Assembly: GCA_032252755.1 (NCBI GenBank)
Contig: JAVUPY010000094.1
Location: 65,181-89,180, forward strand
DNA length: 24,000 nt
DNA from: Terriglobia bacterium
Lineage (GTDB): Bacteria; Acidobacteriota; Terriglobia; Terriglobales; Acidobacteriaceae
Reading direction: 5' to 3'
Part shown: positions 1 to 9,637 of the stretch, in pieces
How the letters are laid out: each line of letters starts with the position of its first letter
Numbering within the stretch: position 1 is the stretch's first letter
The notes under the pieces: generated by a model
Told to the model about the DNA's origin: nothing
What the model saw: only the letters and a program-made list of their open reading frames with translations
Database searches by the model: none
Made by a program: the position numbers and the translations under genes

Positions 1-4
1 AGTC

Positions 5-277
5 TTATCTCTGCAGATACAGCAAATAGATTCGCGCCATCTGGGCCAATGCGATGAGGATGCCGAGCAGGAAGAAAATTGTGCGTGAGGTTTCGGCGGA
101 GAAACCAGTAGGTAGGTTGACGCCGCCGCGACGTGCGAGCGCAGTGAGCAACCGGTCCTGTTCGAGGACGAAGTCGGCGACTGGGCGGTGAAGTGCCGCC
201 AGTGTCAGCCCCATCATCAATTTTGCCAACTCAATCAGCACGGTTAAAAGGTAACTTTTCCTCCCGGGGAGACTCAA
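5..277 (-). CDS. hypothetical small protein with a C-terminal hydrophobic (TM-like) helix
   Basis: 90-aa ORF. TTG start at 275-277 with GGAG about 10 nt upstream. The C-terminal segment TIFFLLGILIALAQMARIYLLYL looks membrane-spanning. No family recognised. Confidence 0.35.
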   Translation of the reverse strand: MSLPGRKSYLLTVLIELAKLMMGLTLAALHRPVADFVLEQDRLLTALARRGGVNLPTGFSAETSRTIFFLLGILIALAQMARIYLLYLQR

Positions 278-302
278 TCCGGCGAATCTCCTAGCCCCAG
301 CG

Positions 303-311
303 TGTTAGAAT
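303..311 (+). promoter_or_regulatory. extended -10-like element TGTTAGAAT upstream of the COG1579 gene
   Basis: TGnTAGAAT lies 16 nt before the ATG at 327, with no obvious SD in between. The identical 9-mer recurs upstream of rpmE (13079-13087). The -35 is poor. Confidence 0.3.
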
Positions 312-326
312 TTTCATAGTCTCACC

Positions 327-1367
327 ATGCATTCCGACCTTGCCCAACTCATGGATTTACAGCAGGTTGAGAACGAAATTGCGCGTCTCGCCGCTGAAGT
401 GGCCGCCCTGCCAAAACATCTACACGCTATTGAAGCCAAGCTGAATTCCGCCAAGGACCGCGTCGAGAAGGCCAAAGCCGCCATAAAGGCGGACGAAATG
501 GCCAAGCGCAAGTACGAATCGGAGATCCAGGGCCAGCACGAAAAAATTCGCAAGTTCCGCGAACAATCCTCTTCGGTCAAGACTAACGATCAATACCGCG
601 CACTGATGAACGAGATTTCCTTTGCCGAACAGGAGATTCGCAGCCTGGAGGATAAGATCCTCGACTGCATGGAAGACGCGGAAAACAAGGAGCGCCAGGT
701 CAAAACCGCGGAAACGGAGTTGAAGGCCGAAGCTGCCGAGATCGAGAGGGAAAAGGCCGAAGCCCGTGCCCTTACAGAAAAAGATGAAAAAAGGCTCTCC
801 GAGTTGCGCGTGCAGCAGTCGTCAATTCGCGCAGCAGTCGGCGAAGACAGCTTGCGCCAGTACGACCGCGTCTCCAGGCACCGTGGCACCGGTATCGCCG
901 AAGCTCGTGACCAGCGTTGTCTCGGATGTCAGATCATGCTGCGGCCCCAGGTCTTTGCCGAGGTTCGCAAGGGCGAGCGCGTCATCACGTGTGACTCCTG
1001 CAGTCGCCTGCTGTACTACATTCCTTCGGAAGAACCGGAGACGGCTTTCCGATCCAATGTCACCGTTGAGCGCACATGGATGTTCCTGCCGCACGTTGGC
1101 GAACGCGGCGTGTTTGCCGTGTTCGTGAACAACAAGGGCAACGCCTCCATGCGCACTTTTGACATCGAAACCGGGCGTTTCCTCGAAAAGCATTCTGAAA
1201 AAGGGAAGACCTACACCCAGGCTTTCGGCCACCAGATGGAGCACGGCCGGGAATTGTTCGTCGACGAGGCCGGACTCGAAGACGAAAAAGAGCAGCTTCC
1301 GCCGGAGGCGCTGCAAGACCTGCGCCGCCAGATTCCGCACTCGCAGTCCTCGCCGGCCGCAGAATAG
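327..1367 (+). CDS. COG1579/DUF164-type coiled-coil protein with C4 zinc ribbon (HP0958-like), plus a ~110-aa C-terminal extension
   Basis: Long heptad-rich N-terminal coiled coil, followed by CLGC...(x20)...CDSC zinc ribbon (RCLGCQIMLRPQ...ITCDSCSRLLYY). The protein continues ~110 aa beyond the ribbon. Confidence 0.8.
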   Translation: MHSDLAQLMDLQQVENEIARLAAEVAALPKHLHAIEAKLNSAKDRVEKAKAAIKADEMAKRKYESEIQGQHEKIRKFREQSSSVKTNDQYRALMNEISFAEQEIRSLEDKILDCMEDAENKERQVKTAETELKAEAAEIEREKAEARALTEKDEKRLSELRVQQSSIRAAVGEDSLRQYDRVSRHRGTGIAEARDQRCLGCQIMLRPQVFAEVRKGERVITCDSCSRLLYYIPSEEPETAFRSNVTVERTWMFLPHVGERGVFAVFVNNKGNASMRTFDIETGRFLEKHSEKGKTYTQAFGHQMEHGRELFVDEAGLEDEKEQLPPEALQDLRRQIPHSQSSPAAE

Positions 1368-1377
1368 GTGGCGCACC

Positions 1378-2484
1378 ATGAAACGGCTCTGTCGTTTTTT
1401 TCCGTTGTTGTTGCTGTTCGCGCCTCTCGCATTCGCCCAAGGCTATCAGCAGACGGTTCAATTCAAGGTCATGCTGGTCTGGGCCAATGGGCATAATTTC
1501 AGCGACAAACAGGACGTAGAGGGAATGCCTGGAGTGCAAGGCAACAATCGCGATTCCGCTGGCCAGCCCATCAGAGGGAATGCCGTTTCCAACATGGCAA
1601 TCCGCATCGCGGTGCTGAACGACATGGGGCAGACCATAGCGGAAACATCCCCCAGCAGCGAAGGCTACGCCACCTTCACCGTTGTTGGCTCCGTTCGGAA
1701 CGCGCAGGGACTGACACAGGACGTGAGCTATCGGGTTCGTGTTTACGGCGCCAGTATTGAAGAAGAAAACGTTGAGAACGTAGTACCTGCCGAAGGCGAC
1801 CGGATCTTGACGGTCCGGATCCATCGCAAGGGAGAGAACAACGCGAAGGCGCCCGGCGGGATCGTTTCGACGACATCCCTGAAGATTCCCAAAAAAGCTG
1901 AAAAGGAAGTAGACCGGGGCAGCAAGGACTTCGATGACAAGAAGTACCAGGAGGCGCGGGACCATTTCCAGAAGGCGATCGATATCTACCCCAGCTACGA
2001 CGAGGCTTACAACGGTTTGGGCGCAACACTGGTCGAGATGGGAGATATCGGTGGTGCCCAGAAGGCTTTCGAAACATCGATCCAGGTGAATGACAAGTAC
2101 GCGCCCGGCTATCGCAACCTCGCGCAGATCGCCGCGAGCAACAAAGATTTCGCCAAAGCGGCGAGCCTGCTCGAGCGATCGCTCGCCTTGGAACCGATGA
2201 ATGTCGAGGCACTCTCACGCCTTGCGCAGTTCGATTACATCCTCGGAAAGGACACCGCGGTTCCCGAACTCGTTCGCAGGATGCACAGCCTTCCGCATCC
2301 CGGCCAGGCACTGGCGCACTTTGCCGCCGCCGCCTCGCTGGAGCGGATGATGAAGCCGGACGAAGCGATCGGCGAGTATACGCTTTTCATCAAAGAAGCT
2401 TCTCCGGAGAACACGCTGATATCGGCAGCCAAAGCCGCCATTGCGCGCTGCCGTGAGAAACTCAACGAACCGACCACCCAGTGA
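1378..2484 (+). CDS. secreted TPR-repeat protein (signal peptide + beta-rich N-domain + TPR C-domain)
   Basis: In-frame ATG at 1378 gives MKRLCRFFPLLLLFAPLAFA|QG, a classic Sec signal. TPR-like repeats are present (YQEARDHFQKAIDIYPSYDEAYNGLG..., KAFETSIQVNDKYAPGYRNLA...). The 5' part of the tracked ORF (1159-1377) overlaps the previous gene and is rejected. Confidence 0.8.
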   Translation: MKRLCRFFPLLLLFAPLAFAQGYQQTVQFKVMLVWANGHNFSDKQDVEGMPGVQGNNRDSAGQPIRGNAVSNMAIRIAVLNDMGQTIAETSPSSEGYATFTVVGSVRNAQGLTQDVSYRVRVYGASIEEENVENVVPAEGDRILTVRIHRKGENNAKAPGGIVSTTSLKIPKKAEKEVDRGSKDFDDKKYQEARDHFQKAIDIYPSYDEAYNGLGATLVEMGDIGGAQKAFETSIQVNDKYAPGYRNLAQIAASNKDFAKAASLLERSLALEPMNVEALSRLAQFDYILGKDTAVPELVRRMHSLPHPGQALAHFAAAASLERMMKPDEAIGEYTLFIKEASPENTLISAAKAAIARCREKLNEPTTQ

Positions 2485-3698
2485 CACGCAAGAGTGAAAA
2501 TCCAATCGTAACCGTGAACGCACGCGGCGCCGCTCGCCTGCGGGGAGGCCACCCCTGGGTTTACCGCTCCGATGTCGCATCCGCCGACGGAATCCCACCG
2601 GGAAGTATCGTGACAGTAGTTGACTCGCGCTCACGCGCTCTCGCGACCGCGCTCTACAGCACCGCCTCGCAAATCGCAGTGCGCGCGATATCGCCTGAGG
2701 TCGTTTCGGCGCGCGAGTGGAATTCGCTACTTCGCAGGCGCATCTCGGAAGCCGCCGCGTTCCGCAGCAGGGTAGTACGCGACTCTGACGCCTACCGCGT
2801 CGTCTTCAGCGAGGCCGATTTTCTCCCCGGCCTCATGGTCGACAAATACGGCGACTATCTTTCGCTCCAGGTGCTGACCCAGGCAATGGACACGCGCGAC
2901 GCCCGCAACACAATCGTCGGCACGCTGGTCTCGGAATTGTCGCCAATCGCTATCTTCGAACGTGTGGAGCCGCGTATTCGCGAACTCGAGCAGATGGAGC
3001 CACGAACGGATTCTTTGATCTGGTCGCGGCTCAGCGGGGAAGTTCCGCCGAAAACCACGTTCACGATGAACGGCCTGAAATTCCTGTTCGACACCGAGTC
3101 AGGACAAAAGACCGGCGCGTTCCTCGACCAGCGCGAGAACTACGTCGCCGCAGAACGTTACGCATCCGGCCGCGTGCTCGACTGCTTCACCTACCAGGGG
3201 GGATTCGCGCTGCATCTGAACCGTGCCTGCGAGCAGGTGACAGCCGTGGATATGTCGCGGGCGGCGCTGGAAGCGGCGGAACAGAATTGGAAGATGAACG
3301 AGGCGGCGTTCAGTGGGCGCGAGATCGAGTGGATCGAGGCCAATGCCTTCGATTTATTGCGCGATTATGCCGATCACGGCGAAAAATACGACATCATCGT
3401 TCTCGATCCGCCGGCGTTTGCGAAGGCGAAATCCGCCGCCGCGAAAGCCTTGGGCGGCTATAAGGAATTGAACCTCCGGGCACTCAAGATGCTCCGAGCA
3501 GGCGGCAAATTAGTCACTTGCTCGTGCTCGTATCACGTGAGTGAGGGTGATTTTCTCGAGATGCTGGCTTCGGCGGCCGCCGATGCGCGCCGATCGGTGC
3601 GAGTGCACGAAGTGCGCCGGCAGTCGCAGGACCACCCCGTCCTGCTCAACGTGCCCGAGACGCATTACTTGAAATGCGTGATCTGCGAGGCTCTATGA
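2481..3698 (+). CDS. rlmI: class I SAM-dependent rRNA (cytosine-C5) methyltransferase, RlmI/COG1092 family (PUA-like N-domain)
   Basis: N-terminus RLRGGHPWVYRSDV, SAM-binding region VLDCFTYQGGFALH, and the catalytic-type motif VLDPPAFAK with TCSCS downstream. The GTG start overlaps the upstream TGA (GTGA). Confidence 0.8.
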   Translation: MTRKSENPIVTVNARGAARLRGGHPWVYRSDVASADGIPPGSIVTVVDSRSRALATALYSTASQIAVRAISPEVVSAREWNSLLRRRISEAAAFRSRVVRDSDAYRVVFSEADFLPGLMVDKYGDYLSLQVLTQAMDTRDARNTIVGTLVSELSPIAIFERVEPRIRELEQMEPRTDSLIWSRLSGEVPPKTTFTMNGLKFLFDTESGQKTGAFLDQRENYVAAERYASGRVLDCFTYQGGFALHLNRACEQVTAVDMSRAALEAAEQNWKMNEAAFSGREIEWIEANAFDLLRDYADHGEKYDIIVLDPPAFAKAKSAAAKALGGYKELNLRALKMLRAGGKLVTCSCSYHVSEGDFLEMLASAAADARRSVRVHEVRRQSQDHPVLLNVPETHYLKCVICEAL

Positions 3699-3784
3699 AG
3701 GTGCTGATCGTTCTGGGCTTGGTCGGCCTGGTGCTGATAGTCTGGCTGCGAATCAATCGGGACAAATGGAAGCCGGAAGAGTGA
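3695..3784 (+). CDS. candidate 29-aa single-TM small protein (MKVLIVLGLVGLVLIVWLRINRDKWKPEE)
   Basis: Found by hand, below the ORF-track cutoff. Its ATG overlaps the rlmI stop as ATGA (3695-3698), suggesting translational coupling. A hydrophobic core is followed by a basic/aromatic anchor. It fills the rlmI-bEBP gap exactly. Confidence 0.3.
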   Translation: MKVLIVLGLVGLVLIVWLRINRDKWKPEE

Positions 3785-3790
3785 CCACAT

Positions 3791-4759
3791 TCAATCCAGC
3801 CTGTATTTCTTCCTCTTCTCCAGTAAAGTCTTTCGGGTAATCCCCAGAATCTCGGCTGCCTTCGACTTCTTGCCGCGGGCGTAATCGAGAATCTCCGCGA
3901 TGTATGAGCGTTCGAGATCCTCGAGCGTGGGTTTTCGAGTGGATAACGAGGTTTGCCTCACGTGTGCGGGAAGATCTTCGAGCGCAATCTCTCGTGTTGT
4001 TCCGAGTACCACTGCGCGCTCGATGATGTTCCGCAACTCGCGTACGTTTCCCGGGTAGGAATAGGATTGCAGCGCCCGCCGCCCATCCGCGCTTATCGTC
4101 ATCGTGCCCCGCCGGTGCACATCGCACAACTGCATTACGAACATTTGCGCCAGCGGAGTGATGTCGCGCGGCCGTTCACGCAGGGGCGAGACAACCAGCG
4201 GCACGACATTCAATCGGTAAAAGAGGTCTTCGCGGAACGAATGCTGCGCAACGGCACGTTCGAGATCTACATTCGTGAGCGCGATGATGCGAGCTTCGAG
4301 CTTCACCGGTTTCGTTCCGCCGAGCCGATCGAATGTACGTTCCTCGAGCACGCGCAGCAGTTTTGCCTGCATCGCGGGCGTGAGCGTGCCGATCTCGTCG
4401 AGGACGATTGTCCCGCGCCCGGCCAGTTCCATGCGTCCGCGCTTGCGATGAGCCGCCCCGGTAAACGCGCCGCGCTCGTAGCCGAACAGTTCGCTTTCCA
4501 GGAGTTCGTGCGGAAGGGAAGCACAATCGATCTTGACGAGGGGTTCGTCACGAGTCGCGCTCAGAAAATGGATTATGGAAGCAAGATGATCTTTTCCGCT
4601 GCCGCTTTCGCCACGAATCAGAACCGTTGAGGCTGTTTTAGCAACCTTGGTGGCTTGGTCAAGAAGGCGTTTAGAGGCAGGGTCTTCGGCGACGTAGCGG
4701 TCGAGCACGCTGGGATGGTGTTCCTGATCGCGCGCGGAACCTGTCGCCTCTTCTGCCAT
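3791..4759 (-). CDS. sigma54-dependent transcriptional activator (bEBP) with AAA+ and Fis-type HTH only and no N-terminal sensory domain (PspF-like architecture)
   Basis: Walker A GESGSGKD, Walker B VLDEIG, exact GAFTGA loop (YERGAFTGA), ESELFGY, PLRERPRDI, NVRELRN, and C-terminal HTH KAAEILGITRKTLLEKRKKY. Only ~20 aa precede the AAA+ core. Confidence 0.9.
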   Translation of the reverse strand: MAEEATGSARDQEHHPSVLDRYVAEDPASKRLLDQATKVAKTASTVLIRGESGSGKDHLASIIHFLSATRDEPLVKIDCASLPHELLESELFGYERGAFTGAAHRKRGRMELAGRGTIVLDEIGTLTPAMQAKLLRVLEERTFDRLGGTKPVKLEARIIALTNVDLERAVAQHSFREDLFYRLNVVPLVVSPLRERPRDITPLAQMFVMQLCDVHRRGTMTISADGRRALQSYSYPGNVRELRNIIERAVVLGTTREIALEDLPAHVRQTSLSTRKPTLEDLERSYIAEILDYARGKKSKAAEILGITRKTLLEKRKKYRLD

Positions 4760-4762
4760 GGC

Positions 4763-5275
4763 CTATTTCTTCTTGCCGCGAGCTTTGATTGGTCGCCGCG
4801 CCACAGTCTTTCGCGCGCTCTTCCTGGCTGTTTTGCGAGCTGGCGTCTTCGTCACGCGTCGCGCCGGTTTCGTGGATGCCGTTCGCGCAGTTGCTCTCGC
4901 CGGCTTCTTCTTCCCGAACACCTCGGCCGACTCAAGCTTTTTCGCCGACTTCCACAGCCGCTCCAGATCGTAAAACTTTCGCGCGCTCTCGTTGAAAATG
5001 TGAACAACAAAATCCACGTAGTCGAGCAGGATCCAATCGCCGCGATCATAACCCTCACGATGGTTTGGCTCGAAGCCGGCTTTGGACAAGCGTTCATCCA
5101 CCTCGTCGGCAATGGCCTGCACCTGTCGTGGGTTCGCTCCGCTGCACACCACGAAGAAATCGGTGAAAGCGCTGGACTCCTTCGGCAGTTCCAGCACGCT
5201 GATGTTTTCCGCTTTCTTCGCCTCGGCCGCTGCCAGCACCAACGCGACTTGCTCTCTGATCTCGTTCTTCTTCAT
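4763..5275 (-). CDS. rsfS: ribosomal silencing factor RsfS with ~50-aa Lys/Arg/Ala/Thr-rich C-terminal tail
   Basis: The core [23 protein letters not shown]...[28 protein letters not shown] is typical RsfS/iojap. I chose the ATG at 5275 (MKKNEIRE), which has AAGGA upstream. Tail: [49 protein letters not shown]. Confidence 0.9.
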   Translation of the reverse strand: MKKNEIREQVALVLAAAEAKKAENISVLELPKESSAFTDFFVVCSGANPRQVQAIADEVDERLSKAGFEPNHREGYDRGDWILLDYVDFVVHIFNESARKFYDLERLWKSAKKLESAEVFGKKKPARATARTASTKPARRVTKTPARKTARKSARKTVARRPIKARGKKK

Positions 5276-5355
5276 CCGGTTCGTTCCTTGATCTTCAGGT
5301 TCTTCCCAATGTGCTTCGTGCCCCATATCTGCCGTTCTCAGCAGATGTGGGTCGC

Positions 5356-6144
5356 CTACTCCCGCCTTTTTCCACCCACGATCTGCAGTCCCGCGCGATG
5401 CTTCTTTGCCTCGCGCTCCTGCCTCGCCTTCTCTCTGTCGGAAACATCTGGCAGCGTCTCCGCGCCTTTCTTGTACAGCCCTTCCTTGCGAATGTACTCG
5501 GCGACGGCATCTCCAACCATCGACTCCAGTTTCTTTCCCGATTCCGCCGCCGCGCGAATCTTCGTCGCGGAAACCGGCTCGCTTACATCGTCCAACAGAT
5601 GGATCGTCGTTTCCGGCAGCACCATCGATCCATGAGCGTTCGCCGAACGAAATATTCTCGTGACCTCATCCCGCGGACGCATCGAGTCCGGCAGCGCCTT
5701 CGCAACATCCGCCAGCGAATACCCAGGGCGGCTCGCCACGATGAACTCGCATTCGTGTAGCAACTCTACCGGGCTACGCCACTTGGCAATGTCGAGAAAG
5801 GCGTCGATTCCAATCAGGAAAAACAATTGGTCGCTCTTCTTTAGCGTCTGCTTAAATCGCTTCACTGTGTCGATCGAGTAGCTCGCCAGCTTGCCCTCCG
5901 CCTGGATGACCTCGGGCGCCTCCAGCAGCGACGGGATAAATCTCTTCTCTCCCGCTACCGCCAGCGCAATCATCGCCAGTCGGTGATAGTAGGGCGTGAC
6001 CGCCGTCTTGGCCTTGAGCGGCTGAATATCGGCAGGCACGAAATAAATCTTGCCGAGCTTGAATCGCTCGGCAGCCGCGCGCGCCACCGCAAGATGTCCA
6101 CGATGAATCGGGTCGAAGGTGCCGCCAAATAAAGCCAGGTTCAT
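5356..6144 (-). CDS. nadD: nicotinate-nucleotide adenylyltransferase NadD with ~55-aa charged C-terminal extension
   Basis: N-terminus [14 protein letters not shown] (the HxGH nucleotidyltransferase motif). SATKIR near the end of the core. Lies in the conserved obg-nadD-rsfS neighbourhood. Confidence 0.9.
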   Translation of the reverse strand: MNLALFGGTFDPIHRGHLAVARAAAERFKLGKIYFVPADIQPLKAKTAVTPYYHRLAMIALAVAGEKRFIPSLLEAPEVIQAEGKLASYSIDTVKRFKQTLKKSDQLFFLIGIDAFLDIAKWRSPVELLHECEFIVASRPGYSLADVAKALPDSMRPRDEVTRIFRSANAHGSMVLPETTIHLLDDVSEPVSATKIRAAAESGKKLESMVGDAVAEYIRKEGLYKKGAETLPDVSDREKARQEREAKKHRAGLQIVGGKRRE

Positions 6145-6193
6145 TCAGTTCTCAATCCCGGTTCTCAGTTTGCTCTACATCGAAGTGCGAGGT

Positions 6194-7480
<1,287 letters not shown>

Positions 7481-7514
7481 CTAAGAAGCCTCAGTCTTTC
7501 GACTGTCTGCAAAG

Positions 7515-7540
7515 CAAAAGGCCCCGCTCGCCACGAGGCC
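7515..7540 (-). terminator. possible weak intrinsic terminator/attenuator after rpmA
   Basis: Minus strand reads GGCCUCG-UGG-CGAG(bulge)GGCC followed by UUUUGCUUUG. The stem is imperfect. Confidence 0.3.
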
Positions 7541-7626
7541 TGCTGTGAAGCCGTATCCCGCTCCTGGTGGAACCGCGCCCCACCCCGTCGTAGTTAACAG
7601 ATGTAGGTCTTGCCGATCCGTGTCGC

Positions 7627-7896
7627 TTACGCCTTGGCGGTTTCGAGCGGCTCGATCACGACGAACTTGCCCATGCGTCCGCGATCGACAAACTTGATCT
7701 TGCCGTCGACCTTAGCGAATAAGGTGTCGTCTTTTCCGCGGCCAACGTTGAGGCCCGGCTTGATGCGCGTGCCGCGCTGCCGAACGATGATGCTGCCTCC
7801 GGGAACAACCTGTCCGCCGAACGCTTTTACGCCCAACCGCTGCGCATTCGAGTCGCGGCCGTTTTTCGATGAACCTAAACCTTTTTTATGTGCCAT
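7627..7896 (-). CDS. rpmA: 50S ribosomal protein L27
   Basis: [43 protein letters not shown] is the canonical L27 sequence. Confidence 0.97.
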   Translation of the reverse strand: MAHKKGLGSSKNGRDSNAQRLGVKAFGGQVVPGGSIIVRQRGTRIKPGLNVGRGKDDTLFAKVDGKIKFVDRGRMGKFVVIEPLETAKA

Positions 7897-7935
7897 GACA
7901 AAATCCTCTAATTTCTTTACGAACCACTAACCACC

Positions 7936-7985
7936 GTCATCCCGAGCGGAGCCGCGCGTTGTCTGCGCGGCGTAGTCGAGGGACC
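7936..7985. repeat. GC-rich imperfect hairpin (REP-like) in the rplU-rpmA spacer
   Basis: Core 7-bp stem GCCGCGC (7951-7957) / GCGCGGC (7965-7971) with a 7-nt loop. It is flanked by partially complementary arms TCCCGAGCGGA / GTAGTCGAGGGA. Confidence 0.4.
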
Positions 7986-7990
7986 CGCGG

Positions 7991-8488
7991 CTACTTCTTC
8001 TTGCTCGAACCCTTCTTCGCTGCAGCCTTCTTTGTGGGAGCCTTCTTCGCAGCAGTCTTCTTGGCAGCCGTCTTCTTCTTCGGCGCAGCCTGCTTAGTCT
8101 CGTGCTCTGCCTTGGGTTCAGCCTCTTCCGCCTTCTTGGCCTTCACCTTCTTTTCCGGCAACGCCGGAGCGTCAAAGGTCTGTCCGTCGAACGCAATCTG
8201 CGAGATGCGGACCTCGGCGAATCCCTGCCGATGCCCCTGCAGCTTCTTGTACTGCTTCTTGCGTTTGAACTTGAAGACCAGGATCTTGTCGGCGCGACCT
8301 TCGCCAATCACCTGTCCAACCACGCGCGCGTCCGACGGATTCGAAATCTGACCGTCGCCGCCGCTCACGGCCAGCACGTCAAAGCTGACGTCGCCACTTG
8401 CAATATGCGATTCCGAGCGCTCCACACGGACGACGTCTCCGGGGCTCACGCGATACTGTTTCCCACCGGCGCGGATGACCGCGTACAT
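7991..8488 (-). CDS. rplU: 50S ribosomal protein L21 with ~60-aa Lys/Ala-rich C-terminal extension
   Basis: MYAVIRAGGKQYRVSPGDVVRVE is the canonical L21 start. ATG at 8488 with GGAGG 7 nt upstream. Tail: KKVKAKKAEEAEPKAEHETKQAAPKKKTAAKKTAAKKAPTKKAAAKKGSSKKK. Confidence 0.95.
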   Translation of the reverse strand: MYAVIRAGGKQYRVSPGDVVRVERSESHIASGDVSFDVLAVSGGDGQISNPSDARVVGQVIGEGRADKILVFKFKRKKQYKKLQGHRQGFAEVRISQIAFDGQTFDAPALPEKKVKAKKAEEAEPKAEHETKQAAPKKKTAAKKTAAKKAPTKKAAAKKGSSKKK

Positions 8489-8964
8489 AGCAATGCCTCC
8501 AAACCTTCGCTCCCCAGACATACTACGGGCGAGGAGCCCTAAAGGAATTCAATCTGTGCGCTTGCACTTCCCCGGAAAACGGAACACACATTCACGCTGG
8601 GACCGACGGTCACCACAGGGGTTCCCTAGACGGGACGTAGCAGTACAGGCAAACCATTGAATTTTACGGGAAAAGTGGCAGGAAGGTCAAACCGCAGTCG
8701 ATCAACGCCTGAATTGACCGAGCAGCACCGATAGCGCGAACCCGACGAGCATGACCCCGGCGACGCGGAGTATCGCGGTCATGATTTTGGTGTTCAGAGT
8801 CGCATTTCCGGAGTCGGCGGTGGATTGATGTTCGCATGTCGTTCACGGAGGCCCGTGGTCCAAGCGTTGTATCGAACTGAGAGGGGCCGAGCCCAAATGA
8901 CGAGCACCAACCCCATCGCAGTACGGCTAGCGCGATGTCCAGTCTCAGTACCAAATCACCTCCT

Positions 8965-9522
8965 TTATCTGGGCCACAACCACCCAAATACACCCGCCGC
9001 GAGCAGCGAATAAATCAACCCGTCGATGACCTCTTTGATCGTCATTCCCCACGGCTGGCCCTTCCATATTCCGTTCGCTAGCGGTCCAATGCCGAGAGCC
9101 ATGAACGCGGTCGCGCCGACTATGCGGAACACCACCAGGTATTGAACACCGGCCGACAAAGTATGCGCGGCGATATATGCAGCGAAGAACGCGACGATCA
9201 GGCAATACACGAACCATAGTCCCAGGTACTTCCCCATGTTGATCTTCCCGGGCTGGAAGATCGTCATGTGCCCGACTGGTCCCTGCTTATACTTCTCCAC
9301 CATCTCAGGCTTGTTCATCTCCTGGTGTGTGCAGTGCGGAAAAATGTACAGCCCGCGCTTGAGATTCGCCGAGCGCAACACGGCCACCACCCTGTCCTCG
9401 TCGGGAAGCCTCGAGTAGTCGTTCTTGTGATACGGCAGCACCATGTGCAGGATCGAGCTGGCGATGAAGATCACCACCGCCGAAAGCAGTATCGGAAGCC
9501 AGAGCGCGGAAAGAGTGGCCAT
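8965..9522 (-). CDS. hypothetical integral membrane protein (~4 TM helices)
   Basis: I chose the ATG at 9522 (MATLSALWLPILLSAVVIFIASSIL), which has AAGGAG 8 nt upstream. Several hydrophobic helices. No family recognised. Confidence 0.6.
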   Translation of the reverse strand: MATLSALWLPILLSAVVIFIASSILHMVLPYHKNDYSRLPDEDRVVAVLRSANLKRGLYIFPHCTHQEMNKPEMVEKYKQGPVGHMTIFQPGKINMGKYLGLWFVYCLIVAFFAAYIAAHTLSAGVQYLVVFRIVGATAFMALGIGPLANGIWKGQPWGMTIKEVIDGLIYSLLAAGVFGWLWPR

Positions 9523-9637
9523 GGAGAGAGACTCCTTCGTGGATGTGAAAGCGAGTTGGGGGAGAGTAGCTTGGGGCGAGGCTTTGGTCAAGAGGAGGGT
9601 ACTGGGTTCTGGGCGAGTCCCCAGTACCCAGCACCCA

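Noticed and set aside
884-898. sigma54 promoter-like TGGCAC-N5-TCGC
   Set aside because: It sits inside the COG1579 coding sequence, has a -12 mismatch (TCGC versus TTGC), and the nearest downstream start is ~480 nt away. Other TGGCA hits (11371, 12001, 23773) have wrong spacing or are intragenic.
1159-1377. 5' extension of the TPR ORF (441 aa as tracked)
   Set aside because: It overlaps the 3' end of the COG1579 gene, and its sequence is basic junk. An in-frame ATG at 1378 gives a textbook signal peptide.
822-2311. Long minus-strand ORFs (822-1379, 1060-1965, 1676-2311; up to 301 aa) opposite the COG1579 and TPR genes
   Set aside because: These are Arg/Pro/Gly-rich, low-complexity translations typical of antisense shadow ORFs in high-GC DNA. 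They have no motifs and fully overlap genes with clear family signatures.
8664-8993. 109-aa minus-strand ORF, and a 26-codon hydrophobic mini-ORF (8702-8782, MTAILRVAGVMLVGFALSVLLGQFRR), in the ~430-bp gap upstream of rplU
   Set aside because: The 109-aa ORF is Arg-rich and overlaps the membrane-protein gene end. The mini-ORF has no SD and no other support. The region is more likely the rplU promoter and leader.
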